Position numbers and translations under genes: made by a program. DNA of 32,028 nt from a virus: the IMG/VR virus record IMGVR_UViG_3300012352_000153, positions 1 through 32,028 of that record; one strand, 5' to 3'. Shown here one piece after another: positions 31,724 through 32,028 of the stretch (position 1 is the first letter of the stretch; each line of letters starts with the position of its first letter). The notes under the pieces are model-generated. The model made no database searches and was not told where the DNA came from. It worked only from the letters and a program-made list of their open reading frames with translations.

Positions 31724-32028
31724 ATGAGTAATTTTTTTGAATATACAAATACTAATATTACTTTAGAAGAATGTAATACTGTAACTAAAAATAAACTATT
31801 TAGGGATTTCATAAATGAGTATCACTCTTATGTGAAATACAAAGATGTTCCACAACGTAGAATCAATTGGCTAATTTGGAATGGAATGGAATTAGTTGGA
31901 GTAATAGGAATAAGTAGTTGTGTATTAGCAGTAGGAGATAGAGATAGATGGATAGGATGGGATAGAGAGACTAGACAGAGTATGAGTAATAGTATGGCAA
32001 ACAATTACAGATTCTGTCTTAAACCTAA
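31724..32028 (+). CDS. DUF4338-family (DruA-like) protein, N-terminal part; continues across the junction to 464 (about 237 aa in total)
   Basis: ATG at 31724; MSNFFEYT...GVIGISSCVLAVGDRDRWIGWDRETRQSMSNSMANNYRFCLKP is in frame with ORF 9..464. Confidence 0.8.
   Translation, partial: MSNFFEYTNTNITLEECNTVTKNKLFRDFINEYHSYVKYKDVPQRRINWLIWNGMELVGVIGISSCVLAVGDRDRWIGWDRETRQSMSNSMANNYRFCLKP
31974..32028. repeat. Terminal overlap copy 2, identical to 1-55
   Basis: Exact 55/55 identity read directly. Confidence 0.95.

Noticed and set aside
1-32028. Lysogeny module (integrase, repressor, attP)
   Set aside because: No integrase or recombinase-like ORF was recognised. The tRNA is a complete gene rather than an att fragment, and the genome looks strictly lytic.

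Overview
The window is a complete, visibly AT-rich dsDNA phage genome. Bases 1-55 are identical to 31974-32028, so it is a closed circular or circularly permuted contig with a unit length of 31,973 bp. The closure point cuts through a gene. The host is most likely a member of Bacteroidota. Four early promoters fit the Bacteroidetes sigma-A pattern TTTG-N20-TAnnTTTG, and start codons lack Shine-Dalgarno sequences. Layout: (i) A long rightward packaging and morphogenesis block runs from about 858 to 25344. It holds the small and large terminase, tRNA-Gln(UUG), a chaperone-like gene with a T9 frameshift site, two paralogous Ser/Thr/Gly/Asn-rich fiber genes, a LamG-like protein, scaffold, major capsid protein, portal-like protein, HK97-gp10-like protein, a tape-measure-like coiled-coil protein, an XkdF-like prohead protease, and a Dps-like plus HiPIP-like gene pair. 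The block ends at a bidirectional terminator. (ii) A leftward SF2 helicase gene (25451-27580) carries three 147-bp repeats and a homing-endonuclease-type C-terminus. (iii) A divergent early control region leads into a rightward early/replication block (27909 onward, through the junction to 464). This block holds a DUF4373 initiator-like gene with internal 11-bp iterons, two promoter-to-terminator short transcription units, a free-standing GIY-YIG endonuclease, an RHH protein, small membrane proteins, a sigma-70-like factor, and a stand-alone DUF4338 (DruA-like) protein. I saw no integrase, CRISPR array, reverse transcriptase or recognisable endolysin. All family assignments rest on motifs read by eye and need HMM or structure confirmation.
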